Source of the DNA: Flavobacteriales bacterium | Lineage (GTDB): Bacteria; Bacteroidota; Bacteroidia; Flavobacteriales; Flavobacteriaceae | Direction: 5' to 3' | Length of the DNA: 64,000 nucleotides | Assembly: GCA_004214175.1 (NCBI GenBank) | Contig: SGZH01000002.1 | Coordinates: 1,826-65,825, forward strand | The notes under the pieces: model-generated | Told to the model about the DNA's origin: nothing | The model's database searches: none | Seen by the model: the letters and a program-made list of their open reading frames with translations, nothing else | Program-made: the position numbers and the translations under genes | Shown here: in pieces, positions 50,018 to 60,390 of the stretch | Layout of the letters: every line of letters begins with the position of its first letter | Numbering within the stretch: the stretch's first letter is position 1

Positions 50018-52237
50018 TTAATTCACAGAAAAATCTTTTTTATGGCCTAACATTTTAAAATCTAATTGTTTTTTAACTAAATCCGCGTTTTTAACTTTTA
50101 CATAAACTTCATCTCCTAGTTGATAACTGTTTTTTGTTCGATCACCAACAGCAGCAAATTCTTCTTTATAAAAAGTATAATGGTCATCTTTCATATCTTG
50201 CAGTCTAATCATTCCTTCACATTTATTAGAAATAATTTCAACATAAATTCCCCAATCAGTTACACCAGAAATAACACCTAAAAAATTTTGATCTTGATGA
50301 TCGTACATATATTTTACTTGCATGTATTTAATACTAGCTCTTTCAGCTTGGGCTGCTAAACCTTCCATTTCACTACTATGTCTACATTTTTCTTCAAACT
50401 GATCTTTATTTACGCTATTTTCTTTATTTAAATAAAATTGTAAAAGCCGATGTACCATGACATCTGGATAACGCCTAATGGGTGAGGTAAAATGTGTATA
50501 GTAGTCAAAAGCTAAACCGTAATGACCTATATTGTCTGTGGTATAAACCGCTTTACTCATAGATCGTATAGCAAGTGAATCCACTAGATTTTGTTCTTTT
50601 TTACCTTGAACATCTTTCAATAAATTATTTAAAGAATTAGAGGTTCTTTTTCTGTCTCTAGTATCTATTTTGTATCCAAATTGTTTAATAATGTTTTGTA
50701 ACGCCGCAATTTTTTCATCATCAGGCTCATCATGAACTCTATAAATAAATGTTTTTTTAATAGTTTGTTTTCCTATAAACTCAGCAACACTTCTATTTGC
50801 TAACAACATAAATTCCTCTATTAATTTATTAGCATCTTTACTTTCTTTAAAATAAACTCCTTCTGGATTGTTATCTTTATCTAAGTGAAATTTAACCTCT
50901 AGTTTATCAAAGGAAATAGCACCTTGTTTCATTCTTTTTCTTCTTAATATTTTAGCTAATTCATCTAATTTTAAAACCGCTTTAGCTACTTTATTCTGTA
51001 CTTTATACATTTTTCCAGTAATAGAAATATCAGAGGGAATGTTTAAAGTTTCTCCTTCATTAATTATTTCTTTTTCAATAATATATTGAGCTTCTTCATA
51101 AGCAAAACGAGCATCACTATAAATAACAGTTCTTCCAAACCATTGGTTAATAATTACACCTTTATTATTTATTTTAAATACCACCGAAAAAGTAAACTTT
51201 TCTTCGTTTGGTCTTAAAGAGCAAGCATTATTTGATAATATTTCAGGAAGCATTGGTACTACTCTATCTACAAGGTAAACTGAAGTTGCACGCTCATAAG
51301 CTTCATCGTCTAATATAGTTCCTGGGGTTAAATAATAAGAAACATCAGCTATATGTATACCTACTTCATACGTACCATCTTTTAAATCTTTAAAAGACAA
51401 AGCGTCATCAAAATCTTTAGCGTCTTTTGGATCGATTGTAAAAGTTAAATCACCACGCATGTCGCGTCGTTTTTTTATTTCTTCTTGTTTTATATTGGTA
51501 TCTATATTATTAGCATAATCCTCTACTTCTTTTTTAAATTCGTACGGTAAACCAAATTGTGCTAAAATAGAGTGAATTTCAGTATTATGCTCTCCTGGTT
51601 TCCCTAGTATTTTAATAACTTTACCATAAGGTGATCCTGCTTTTTCTGGCCAACTTTCAATTTCTACTAATACCTTATCACCATTTTTTGCATTATTTAT
51701 ATTTTCTTTTGAAACAAAAATATCAGTATACATTTTACTATCCTGACAATCTACAAAAGCAAATCGTTCTTGAGTTGTAATTACTCCTACAAAATCTGTT
51801 TTCTTTCTTTCTAATATTTTAGTAATCTCTCCTTCTGGTTTACCACCTCTATTCCTCTTAAAAATATAAACTTCAACAGTATCACCATGTAAAGCATGAT
51901 TTATATTTTTTTGATTAACAAATATATCTTCCTCTAGCTCCTCTATTAAAATATATGCTTGTCCTCTAGAAGTTATATCTACTAAACCAGTATAGTAATT
52001 TTTAGAAACTTTTATTATATATTTTCCTCTAGAATATTCTTCTATTTTTTCTTCAGACTTAAGTTTCTTTAGTTTTTTAATTAATAAATTTCTAGTACTA
52101 GTATCTCTAATACCTAAAATAGAAGCTATTTGTTTGTAATTAATTGGTTTTGCATTTTGTTTTCTTAATACAGTTAGTATACTTTGGGTAAGATTGGAAT
52201 TACTTGATCTCTTTCTACTCTTTTTTCTTCTCGACAT
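50018..52237 (-). CDS. rnr: Ribonuclease R
   Basis: TIDPKDAKDFDDA, HIADVS, HFTSPIRRYPD, C-terminal S1 domain. Confidence 0.95.
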   Translation of the reverse strand: MSRRKKSRKRSSNSNLTQSILTVLRKQNAKPINYKQIASILGIRDTSTRNLLIKKLKKLKSEEKIEEYSRGKYIIKVSKNYYTGLVDITSRGQAYILIEELEEDIFVNQKNINHALHGDTVEVYIFKRNRGGKPEGEITKILERKKTDFVGVITTQERFAFVDCQDSKMYTDIFVSKENINNAKNGDKVLVEIESWPEKAGSPYGKVIKILGKPGEHNTEIHSILAQFGLPYEFKKEVEDYANNIDTNIKQEEIKKRRDMRGDLTFTIDPKDAKDFDDALSFKDLKDGTYEVGIHIADVSYYLTPGTILDDEAYERATSVYLVDRVVPMLPEILSNNACSLRPNEEKFTFSVVFKINNKGVIINQWFGRTVIYSDARFAYEEAQYIIEKEIINEGETLNIPSDISITGKMYKVQNKVAKAVLKLDELAKILRRKRMKQGAISFDKLEVKFHLDKDNNPEGVYFKESKDANKLIEEFMLLANRSVAEFIGKQTIKKTFIYRVHDEPDDEKIAALQNIIKQFGYKIDTRDRKRTSNSLNNLLKDVQGKKEQNLVDSLAIRSMSKAVYTTDNIGHYGLAFDYYTHFTSPIRRYPDVMVHRLLQFYLNKENSVNKDQFEEKCRHSSEMEGLAAQAERASIKYMQVKYMYDHQDQNFLGVISGVTDWGIYVEIISNKCEGMIRLQDMKDDHYTFYKEEFAAVGDRTKNSYQLGDEVYVKVKNADLVKKQLDFKMLGHKKDFSVN

Positions 52238-52328
52238 TTTTAATTTTTAATAATGGTAAATGTAAGGTTTATAATTTTATAGGAATATTAATAAATGATT
52301 ATCTTAGTATTGTTAAAATTTTAATTAA

Positions 52329-52568
52329 TTGAAAGACTTTATAACCATAGCTCGATTTACTTATCCCAGTGAGTATGCTGTTCTAAAATTATTATTAGAT
52401 CGCAATCATATAAATTTTATTTTTTTAAACGAAACAGCTATCAATGTAATGCCTTTTCATTCTAATGCTTTTGGAGGGATTAGACTTCAAGTACACCAAA
52501 AAGATAAAGAAAAAGCAATTCAGATAATTAAAGAATTTAACAACAATTTTAAACTAGAATTAATTTAA
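52329..52568 (+). CDS. Small DUF2007-like (putative signal transducing) protein
   Basis: FTYPSEYAVLKLLL...SNAFGGIRLQVHQKD.EKA. Confidence 0.65.
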   Translation: MKDFITIARFTYPSEYAVLKLLLDRNHINFIFLNETAINVMPFHSNAFGGIRLQVHQKDKEKAIQIIKEFNNNFKLELI

Positions 52569-53080
52569 TATTTCTAATTTTTCTTACTTATTAACAATAA
52601 GTATATATACTTTTATTTTATTTATTTAATTTATAGAAAAATGATTTATATAATTGATTGTTAATATATAGAATAACTTTATTGTTTTTTACTTTCTATT
52701 TTAATTAATTAATTTTATCAGCAATATATAAACATATATAAAACCTTTTTATTAATTGAAAACTAGATGAATAGTATTTTTAATTAACAACTGTTCATTA
52801 GAATTATTAATGAGTTATTATTAATAACTAATTTATTATTAATAGTTAAAAAGAGCGGTAAATAAATAAATAACTTGTTTAAACTTAATGACTATTTTAA
52901 TTGGTATTTTTAATAAAAAAAACTATTAGAATAAATTTAAATAAAAAAAAAAAAAATTTAATAAATATATAAACAGAAGTTAACAGTTTATTAAAAAACA
53001 TATTTACAAAACCTAGTGTTCTTTTATATTTTATTAAATTTATACGATGTATTTAGTAATTAATATTAAAATTATCTTTT
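52569..53080. other. Extremely AT-rich non-coding spacer, candidate replication origin (oriC)
   Basis: Longest intergenic region in the window, with very few G/C and repeated TTATTAACA-like 9-mers on both strands; parS sites lie ~13 kb away. Confidence 0.5.
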
Positions 53081-53512
53081 ATGAAAATAGCTATTGGAAA
53101 TGATCATGCTGGACCTGCTTATAAAGAAGCTATAGTAAGTTATCTAAATTCTAAAAAAATCACAATTTATAATTATGGCACTGATACAAATGACAGTGTT
53201 GACTATCCAGATTTTATTCATCCTGTAGCAAATGATGTTGCTAAAAATAAAGTAGATTTTGGAATAATTATCTGTGGTTCAGGTAATGGAGCTGCTATGA
53301 CTGCTAATAAATATCAAGAAGTAAGAGCAGCTCTTTGTTGGACAAAAGAAATTACTGAATTAGCAAGACTACATAATAATGCAAATATATTAAGTATACC
53401 GGCAAGATATACTAGTATACCACAAGCAATTACTATGGTTAAAACTTTTTTAAACACAGATTTTGAAGGTGGTAGACATCAAAAAAGAGTGAATAAAATT
53501 AGTTGTCTTTAA
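53081..53512 (+). CDS. rpiB: Ribose 5-phosphate isomerase B
   Basis: IAIGNDHAG, SVDYPD, CGSGNG, RLHNNAN, FEGGRHQKR. Confidence 0.95.
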   Translation: MKIAIGNDHAGPAYKEAIVSYLNSKKITIYNYGTDTNDSVDYPDFIHPVANDVAKNKVDFGIIICGSGNGAAMTANKYQEVRAALCWTKEITELARLHNNANILSIPARYTSIPQAITMVKTFLNTDFEGGRHQKRVNKISCL

Positions 53513-53525
53513 TTATAATACTTAA

Positions 53526-53966
53526 ATGAGATTAACTTATAAATTTTTTTCAGAATTAACAAATCAAGAATTATATGAAATTTTACAATTACGATCTGAA
53601 GTTTTTGTAGTTGAGCAAAATTGTATTTACCAAGATATTGATGGAAAAGACGAAAAAGCAATTCACGTTTTTGGAATAGTAAAAAATAAAATAATTGCTT
53701 ATACTAGATGTTTTCAGCCTGGTGAGTATTTTAAAGAAGCTTCAATAGGTAGAGTTGTTGTAAAAAAAAAAGATAGAAAATTAAAAAGAGGTCATCAAAT
53801 TATGATTTATTCAATCGAATTAATTGAAAAGAATTATCATACTAAAACCATATTGATATCAGCACAATCACATTTAAAAAAATTTTATAATAATCTTGGT
53901 TTTTATAGCGTCGGAATTGAATATTTAGAAGACGGAATACCGCATATAGAAATGATAAAAAAATAA
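53526..53966 (+). CDS. GNAT N-acetyltransferase (ElaA-like)
   Basis: LRSEVFVVEQNC.YQDIDG, IGRVVV, YLEDGIPHIEM. Confidence 0.9.
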   Translation: MRLTYKFFSELTNQELYEILQLRSEVFVVEQNCIYQDIDGKDEKAIHVFGIVKNKIIAYTRCFQPGEYFKEASIGRVVVKKKDRKLKRGHQIMIYSIELIEKNYHTKTILISAQSHLKKFYNNLGFYSVGIEYLEDGIPHIEMIKK

Positions 53967-53970
53967 ATAT

Positions 53971-54798
53971 TTATTTTTTTATCATAGACTTAATTTCTTC
54001 TTTATTAAAAGGAACTTTTAATTGAAAAATAAAATTTTCATCATCTGTATGGTTCGAAGAATCTAAACCATATTTTATTTTTTTAGGATCTTCATATATA
54101 AAAGTACCGAATAATCTATCCCATACAGAGAGAATATTACCAAAATTACTATCCGTCCACGGCTGTTGATAATGATGATGAAACTTATGCATATTAGGAG
54201 AGACAATTAAATAACTTAACCCTTTATCTAACCAAAGAGGTAAAGAAATATCTGCGTGATTAAAATAAGTAAAAGGAATAGTTATCATCCTATAAAAAAA
54301 ATAAAAAGAGATCGGCATTCCCATGATGATGACTACCATTAATGCAAAGGTTTCACGTATTAAAAAATCAAAAGGATGGTGCCTTGTTCCTGTTGTAACA
54401 TCAACATTTTTATCCGTGTGGTGTACTAAATGTAATCGCCACATCCACCTTACTTTGTGTAACAAAAGATGAACAAAATATTGTGAGGTAAAATCAAGAA
54501 CTACAATTGATAAAATTACTTTTTTCCATAGAACAATATTTAACATATTAAGGATTCCAAATCCATTTTTCTTTAACCAGACATCTATAAAAGTGAATAA
54601 AATCCCAAAAAAGGAGTTAATTAGAATAACAAACAACAACAACAATAAATTTGTTTTTGCATGCTTCCATTTATTAAAACTACTTTTATAAAAAGAATAA
54701 TATCCTTCAATAATCCAAAAAAAAGAAATAAAACAAACAATCCAAATCCCTTTTAACCAGAATGGTAAATCTTCAAAAAAAAACAAAAAACGCTCCAT
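53971..54798 (-). CDS. Sterol desaturase/fatty acid hydroxylase family protein
   Basis: His boxes HLLLH, HLVHH, HKFHH; NFGNILSVWDRLFGT. Confidence 0.88.
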   Translation of the reverse strand: MERFLFFFEDLPFWLKGIWIVCFISFFWIIEGYYSFYKSSFNKWKHAKTNLLLLLFVILINSFFGILFTFIDVWLKKNGFGILNMLNIVLWKKVILSIVVLDFTSQYFVHLLLHKVRWMWRLHLVHHTDKNVDVTTGTRHHPFDFLIRETFALMVVIIMGMPISFYFFYRMITIPFTYFNHADISLPLWLDKGLSYLIVSPNMHKFHHHYQQPWTDSNFGNILSVWDRLFGTFIYEDPKKIKYGLDSSNHTDDENFIFQLKVPFNKEEIKSMIKK

Positions 54799-54801
54799 AT
54801 A

Positions 54802-56424
54802 TTATTTTAATATATTATTATATAAAGATTTATTTTTTAGAATAGAGACGGCTTTAATAATTTCTTTACTATGGTTTAGATGGTAGGAATACATCCCATC
54901 ACGATAAAAATAACGCTTTAAAATCTCGTCGCTTAATAAAACAACTATTTCTTCTTTCTTTGCAAACAGCATATTTTCTTTAGCTTTCTCGATATCAGTC
55001 ATTAGCTGCTTAAAACTTAAATCAATATTATCTTTAAAATTTTCTTCAGAAGTTTTACGCATGGCTTTAGAAAATAATTTTTCAGATTCTGTTTCATAAT
55101 CAAATTTATTATCTTTTATAAAGATTAAAAATTCTTTAAAATTAGTATCTGTAAATATAAAGTCTTCAGTACTTTCTAATTTATTTGAATAATAATATTG
55201 AGTTGCATAATCAAAAATTACCATATCGTTCAAAAGGGCGTTTGTAATGGAGCTAAATTTACCAGATTCAAGCTCTATGTCTGGCATTATACCGCCTCCA
55301 TCATAAACTGTTCTTCCTCCTTTTGTTTTAAAAGAATTATATTCTTTTGAACCGATCCTAACAGGATTTCCATCCTCATCTCTATTCCAATAATCTAAGG
55401 CCTGAATACACCTGCCGCTTGGTGTGTAATATCTTGAGATAGTAACCTTTAATTGGGTGCCATAAGTTAATTTTTTTGGTCGTTGCACTAAGCCTTTTCC
55501 AAAACTACGAGCTCCAACAATTACTGCTCTATCTAAATCTTGTAAGCTCCCTGAAACAATTTCACTAGCAGATGCACTCCGTCCATTAATAAGAACTACT
55601 AGAGGAATCTCTAGGTCAAAAGCAGGTTTTTGAGTTTTATACGTTTTATTATATTTTTTAACAGCAGATTTAGTGGTGACGATAGGCTCACCTTTTGGCA
55701 CAAATAAATTCACAATATTTACCGCTTCTGTTAATAATCCGCCAGGATTACCTCTTAAATCCAATATTAGTTTTTTAGCACCTTGTTTTTTTAGGTCTGT
55801 TAGAGCTGCCTTTGTTTCTTTGGTGGTTTTTTTGTTAAATTTAGATAAAACAATATACCCAATATCATCACCTATCAACTGGTAAAAAGGAACCGCGTAT
55901 ATATCTATAGCCCCCCTTATTAAAGAAGTCTCTTCTTTTTTTCCTTGACGCAAATAAGTGAGATTCACATTTGTATCCGCCATTCCCTTCAATAGCTCAC
56001 TTGAATCTCCCTCATATTCTTTTATGTTAATACCATTAATAGCAATTATTTCATCCCCTGCTTTTAATCCAGCAATATCTGCCGGAAACCCTTTAAAAGG
56101 TTCTAAAACAAACAATTTTCTATCTATATTTCTAACAGTAGCTCCAATACCAGTATAGACACCAGAATTATTTATTCGCGCATCTTCAACTTCTTGTTCA
56201 TTCCAATAAACCGTATATGGATCTAAACCATCCAACATTCCTTTAATTGCTTTGTTTATTAAATCAGAAGGTGTGGTTTCATCTACATAATTCATGTTTA
56301 ATTCCTTAAATAAGGTGGTGAAGATTTCTATTTGCTTCGCGATTTCAAAAAAATCTTTTTTAAAACTTACAGTCGTAAGTAAAATCACTAAAGCAAGAAA
56401 AGGAATGAGAATTTTATTTTTCAT
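54802..56424 (-). CDS. S41 family C-terminal processing peptidase
   Basis: LDPYT, PDZ region, LDLRGNPGG, SASASEI, SFGKG. Confidence 0.92.
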   Translation of the reverse strand: MKNKILIPFLALVILLTTVSFKKDFFEIAKQIEIFTTLFKELNMNYVDETTPSDLINKAIKGMLDGLDPYTVYWNEQEVEDARINNSGVYTGIGATVRNIDRKLFVLEPFKGFPADIAGLKAGDEIIAINGINIKEYEGDSSELLKGMADTNVNLTYLRQGKKEETSLIRGAIDIYAVPFYQLIGDDIGYIVLSKFNKKTTKETKAALTDLKKQGAKKLILDLRGNPGGLLTEAVNIVNLFVPKGEPIVTTKSAVKKYNKTYKTQKPAFDLEIPLVVLINGRSASASEIVSGSLQDLDRAVIVGARSFGKGLVQRPKKLTYGTQLKVTISRYYTPSGRCIQALDYWNRDEDGNPVRIGSKEYNSFKTKGGRTVYDGGGIMPDIELESGKFSSITNALLNDMVIFDYATQYYYSNKLESTEDFIFTDTNFKEFLIFIKDNKFDYETESEKLFSKAMRKTSEENFKDNIDLSFKQLMTDIEKAKENMLFAKKEEIVVLLSDEILKRYFYRDGMYSYHLNHSKEIIKAVSILKNKSLYNNILK

Positions 56425-56776
56425 TTATTAATTTTTTTAGCACATTAATAAGCGATGTATTAATGGTGGTGTAAGTTGAGTTTTCCTTTCCAATATATAA
56501 AAAGAACAACAAATACGTTAAGTTACTATCATTTTTTAACAAATGTTTTTGATGACGATAAGCTTCTTTTAGTTGTCTTCTTATACGATTTCTGGTTATG
56601 GCTTTTTTAAAATTTTGTTTTGGAATTGAAAACGCCGCTTTTGTTTTATGACTGTTCTCCACAGTAAGATAAAACAATTTTATAGGATATTTAGTAACAG
56701 TATTACCCTCTGTAAAAAGAAGTTTAATAGCTTTTTTACTCTTAAGTTTTTCAGATTTTGGAAAACTAAAATTCAT
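56414..56776 (-). CDS. rnpA: Ribonuclease P protein component
   Basis: FPKSEKLKS, FSIPK..FKKAITRNRIRRQLKEAYR. Confidence 0.88.
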   Translation of the reverse strand: MNFSFPKSEKLKSKKAIKLLFTEGNTVTKYPIKLFYLTVENSHKTKAAFSIPKQNFKKAITRNRIRRQLKEAYRHQKHLLKNDSNLTYLLFFLYIGKENSTYTTINTSLINVLKKLINEK

Positions 56777-56904
56777 ATCGGTAAATGTATGAAATAAGGG
56801 AGAGTATCAGTAATAAATTAGAAACCAATATCTAATTAAAACAAAATCTATTTACACTTACATTGATAGCATCCAGATTGTGAGATAACCGTACTTTTAA
56901 ATAA

Positions 56905-58713
56905 TTACTTTAATTTGTAAGTGTTATTTTCTAGATTAATATCTGCCATTAAGCCAGAGGCATCAATCTCAACACTTTTAATCTTTTTATTTTTTTTAAT
57001 TACAAAGGAGTAGTTTGGGTAAGCCCAAGCCCAGTCTGGTAAAACAGTCCAGCTTTTATTAATATCCGGGTTTGGTTTATTGCTTCGCATCATTTGTAGC
57101 GGAATGTAAAAGTTATCTGTTAAACCGTCTTCATAAGTCACCAGAATATCTATTGGCATAGGCATTAAACCCACCCTTTCAATAGTTATAGTCGTTTTTT
57201 CTTTTTCAAAAACTATATTTTTGATACCGTAATCTATAGTATTGGTAGTCTGTGTCCAATCCATTAAATACCAATCTAATTCTGCACCTGAGACTTTTTC
57301 TGCAATCCTTATAAAATCGTTAGGTGTTGGATGTTTAAAAGCCCATTCTTTAAAATAACGCAACAGTGTTTTGTTTAAATTCTCTTTACCTATTATATAT
57401 TCAAGCTGAGAAAGAAAAACAGCACCTTTGCTGTATGCGGCAATACTATATCCAGTGTTGGTGTGATAACGATCTGCTTGAGTAGATTGGGGTTGTTCTT
57501 TACCACTGGTAGCAATATAATTATACCCTCTGTATGAGCTTGAGTTTGGATTCTTTTTTTGTTCACTCATTATTTCATTCATAGCTAAGCTAGAAATGTA
57601 GGAGGTAAACCCCTCGTCCATCCACTCGTGCTTACTTTCGTTTGTGGCTAATAAAAACTGAAACCATGTGTGAGCCAATTCATGAGCTGTGACTCCGATT
57701 AAACTTTTTAATTTTCTTTTACCAGTAATTAAAGTACACATCGCATACTCCATACCTCCATCACCACCCTGGACAACAGAATACTGTTTGTAGGGATAAT
57801 CGCCAATATGTTTGTTAAAATAAGCTAGTAGTTGCGCTGTTTTTTCTTGTAGAACCCTCCAATTTTCAATAATATCAGGATGGTTTTTATAGTAAAAGTT
57901 TAACGTAACCCCATTAGGTCCCGGATAGGTATCGTGGATAAAATCTTTATCAGCTGCCCAAGCAAAGTCATGAACATTTGGAGCTTTAAAATGCCAGGTT
58001 CTGGTTTTTCCTTTTGATTTTTTGCCCAATCCATTTTTATCTCCATTTTGAAGATATCCCGTACCCCCAATGATATAATTTTCATCAAGTTTTATTTTAA
58101 CATCATAATTACCCCAAACACTATGAAATTCACGAGCGATGTAGGGGGTTGCATGCCAACCTTCAAAATCGTATTCAGCTATTTTTGGAAACCATTGTGT
58201 CATAGAATAAGCTATACCCTCTGCGTTATTTCTCCCTGATCGCCTTATTTGAACTGGTATTTGAGCGTCCCAATCCATTTTAAATACGGTAGATCTGTTA
58301 GGTAAAATAGGCCTATTTAAGTCAACTTCTAATATAGTTCCAGCAACCTCAAAAGCCAAAAGAACACCATCTTGCGTTAATCGTTGAGGTTTTATAAAAC
58401 CAATTTCTGTAGGTGATAATTTAGAAATACGATCTCCGACTCTTTTATCCGAATCTTCAATATTTCTGGAGCGAACATCCATTTCGCTTCCAGGCTGAAA
58501 GGCATTAAAATATAAATGATAAAACACCCGATACAAAGTATCAGGTGAGTTATTAGTATAAGTTAGCTCTTGAACACCTTTATATCGGTGAGTTTCAACA
58601 TCTAAATCTATAGCTATTTTGTAGTCTACTTTTTGTTGCCAATAAGAGCTGTTATTTTGGGAAAACCCCACACCAAATACTATTAAAAAAAATAGCTTTA
58701 AAACCAACTTCAT
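56905..58713 (-). CDS. M1 family aminopeptidase, secreted
   Basis: Signal peptide; GGMEY, HELAH...WMDEG (HEXXH-X18-E), YSKGA. Confidence 0.92.
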   Translation of the reverse strand: MKLVLKLFFLIVFGVGFSQNNSSYWQQKVDYKIAIDLDVETHRYKGVQELTYTNNSPDTLYRVFYHLYFNAFQPGSEMDVRSRNIEDSDKRVGDRISKLSPTEIGFIKPQRLTQDGVLLAFEVAGTILEVDLNRPILPNRSTVFKMDWDAQIPVQIRRSGRNNAEGIAYSMTQWFPKIAEYDFEGWHATPYIAREFHSVWGNYDVKIKLDENYIIGGTGYLQNGDKNGLGKKSKGKTRTWHFKAPNVHDFAWAADKDFIHDTYPGPNGVTLNFYYKNHPDIIENWRVLQEKTAQLLAYFNKHIGDYPYKQYSVVQGGDGGMEYAMCTLITGKRKLKSLIGVTAHELAHTWFQFLLATNESKHEWMDEGFTSYISSLAMNEIMSEQKKNPNSSSYRGYNYIATSGKEQPQSTQADRYHTNTGYSIAAYSKGAVFLSQLEYIIGKENLNKTLLRYFKEWAFKHPTPNDFIRIAEKVSGAELDWYLMDWTQTTNTIDYGIKNIVFEKEKTTITIERVGLMPMPIDILVTYEDGLTDNFYIPLQMMRSNKPNPDINKSWTVLPDWAWAYPNYSFVIKKNKKIKSVEIDASGLMADINLENNTYKLK

Positions 58714-58717
58714 GTAG

Positions 58718-60382
58718 TTACATTTTGCTTGCTAAAATTAGCGCGTTATATAAATTTACTGTTTTGCCAGATTTAGAAATAGCAGTAAACGGCTGCATAT
58801 TAGATTCATCACCACCAACAATTACTGAGGAAGAAAAGCTTAAGCCGCTATCCATTAACACTTGCTTTACTTGTTTGGCAGATAGTTTTGGGTAACAAGA
58901 GCGAACCACGGCTGCCACTCCCGCAACGTTAGGTGATGCCATTGATGTTCCTTGTAGATACTCATAAGTGTCTAGTGGAGTTGTCGACCAAATTTTTACA
59001 CCGGGTGAAAATAAATCAACATTTGCTGCTCCATAATTTGAAAATGTAGCAACCATCTCTTTTCCATACTTATAGTTTAAAGCTCCAATTGTGATAAAGT
59101 TATCACTAATCTCTTCACCTTTTATTATTTCATCGTTGGGGTAACTCACTACAAGATCTAAATTGTTTGCATCATTTCCTGCCGCATTAACGATTAATAC
59201 ATCTTTTTTAGCAGCATATTTAATAGCGTCCCAAACCCACTCTGGGTTTTGTGAATACGCTTTACCAAAACTAGTGTTGATTACCTTTGCGCCATTATCA
59301 GCTGCATAGCGGATTGCTAACGCCACATCTTTATCATATTCATCACCATCCGGGACAGCTCTTAATGCCATGATTTCAACATTTTGAGCTACCCCATCCA
59401 TTCCAATATTATTAGCTCTTTGTGCAGCAATAATACCAGCTACATGAGTTCCATGTCTTGCATCTTCTTTCTTTGTATCTGGTCCATCAACATCATTATT
59501 GCCATAAACTTTATCATTAATGTCGTATGGATTATCTTTAAGCACAGCTCTAAAATCTGTATCCATTGTGAAGTGATTTTTTAATCGGCCTTGAAAGTAT
59601 TGAACTCCTCTATTAAGTCTATTTTTAAAATCAGGAATAGAGCCTCCATAAGCAAGCATTTTAGAAATAACACCAATGTTTTTTTGGTCTTCTTCTGTTG
59701 GATCTGTAATTGCAGCTAAATCTTCAGCATTGTAATTCTCTTTTCCTATTTTTTTAGAAATAACCTCATGAGCAACCGTTACTTGATTAAGCATCTGGCT
59801 ATATCTATCAAAGTTTGCTTTTATTTCTTTGTGCTCCTTACTATACTCTGCTTTTGCGCTTTCGTAAAGATCAAAAATAGCTTTTTTACTTTCTTCAACA
59901 TCCGAACTGCTTTTTCCTTCAAAAAGATCATTATATCTTCTTATAATACGGACGAATTCAAGGTTTTCACCGACAATATCACCAAGAAAGTTCCACCCAT
60001 ATATATCATCAATATATCCGTTTTTATCATCGTCAATTCCGTTGTCTGGAATTTCATTTTCATTCGTCCACATTACGTTTTTTAAGTCTTCGTGCTCAAT
60101 ATCAATGCCACTATCAATTACAGCAACAATTACTTTTGTGCTCTTCAAATTAGGAATAAGCTCTGCATAAGCTTTATCAACACTCATACCGGGTATGGTG
60201 TCAGAAACCAAATCACTGTAGCTCCAGCTTTTAAGTTGAGCATCTTCTATTTCAGTAGATTTTGATGTTTTTTCGTTTGTGTTTTTTAAAAGTGCCGCAT
60301 TTATGGGCTTTACAGTACTCCCACAACTTGTTAATAAAATTGTTGTTGTAGCTGCGAATAAGAAAGGTTTTAATTTTTTCAT
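58718..60382 (-). CDS. S8 (subtilisin-like) serine peptidase, lipoprotein
   Basis: Lipobox LTSC; VIDSG, HGTHVAG, AAGN, GTSMASP. Confidence 0.93.
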   Translation of the reverse strand: MKKLKPFLFAATTTILLTSCGSTVKPINAALLKNTNEKTSKSTEIEDAQLKSWSYSDLVSDTIPGMSVDKAYAELIPNLKSTKVIVAVIDSGIDIEHEDLKNVMWTNENEIPDNGIDDDKNGYIDDIYGWNFLGDIVGENLEFVRIIRRYNDLFEGKSSSDVEESKKAIFDLYESAKAEYSKEHKEIKANFDRYSQMLNQVTVAHEVISKKIGKENYNAEDLAAITDPTEEDQKNIGVISKMLAYGGSIPDFKNRLNRGVQYFQGRLKNHFTMDTDFRAVLKDNPYDINDKVYGNNDVDGPDTKKEDARHGTHVAGIIAAQRANNIGMDGVAQNVEIMALRAVPDGDEYDKDVALAIRYAADNGAKVINTSFGKAYSQNPEWVWDAIKYAAKKDVLIVNAAGNDANNLDLVVSYPNDEIIKGEEISDNFITIGALNYKYGKEMVATFSNYGAANVDLFSPGVKIWSTTPLDTYEYLQGTSMASPNVAGVAAVVRSCYPKLSAKQVKQVLMDSGLSFSSSVIVGGDESNMQPFTAISKSGKTVNLYNALILASKM

Positions 60383-60390
60383 TGTTATAT

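Noticed and set aside
52569-53080. AT-rich spacer as a CRISPR array or ncRNA
   Set aside because: No regularly spaced 25-45-bp repeats, no cas genes and no GC-rich stems.
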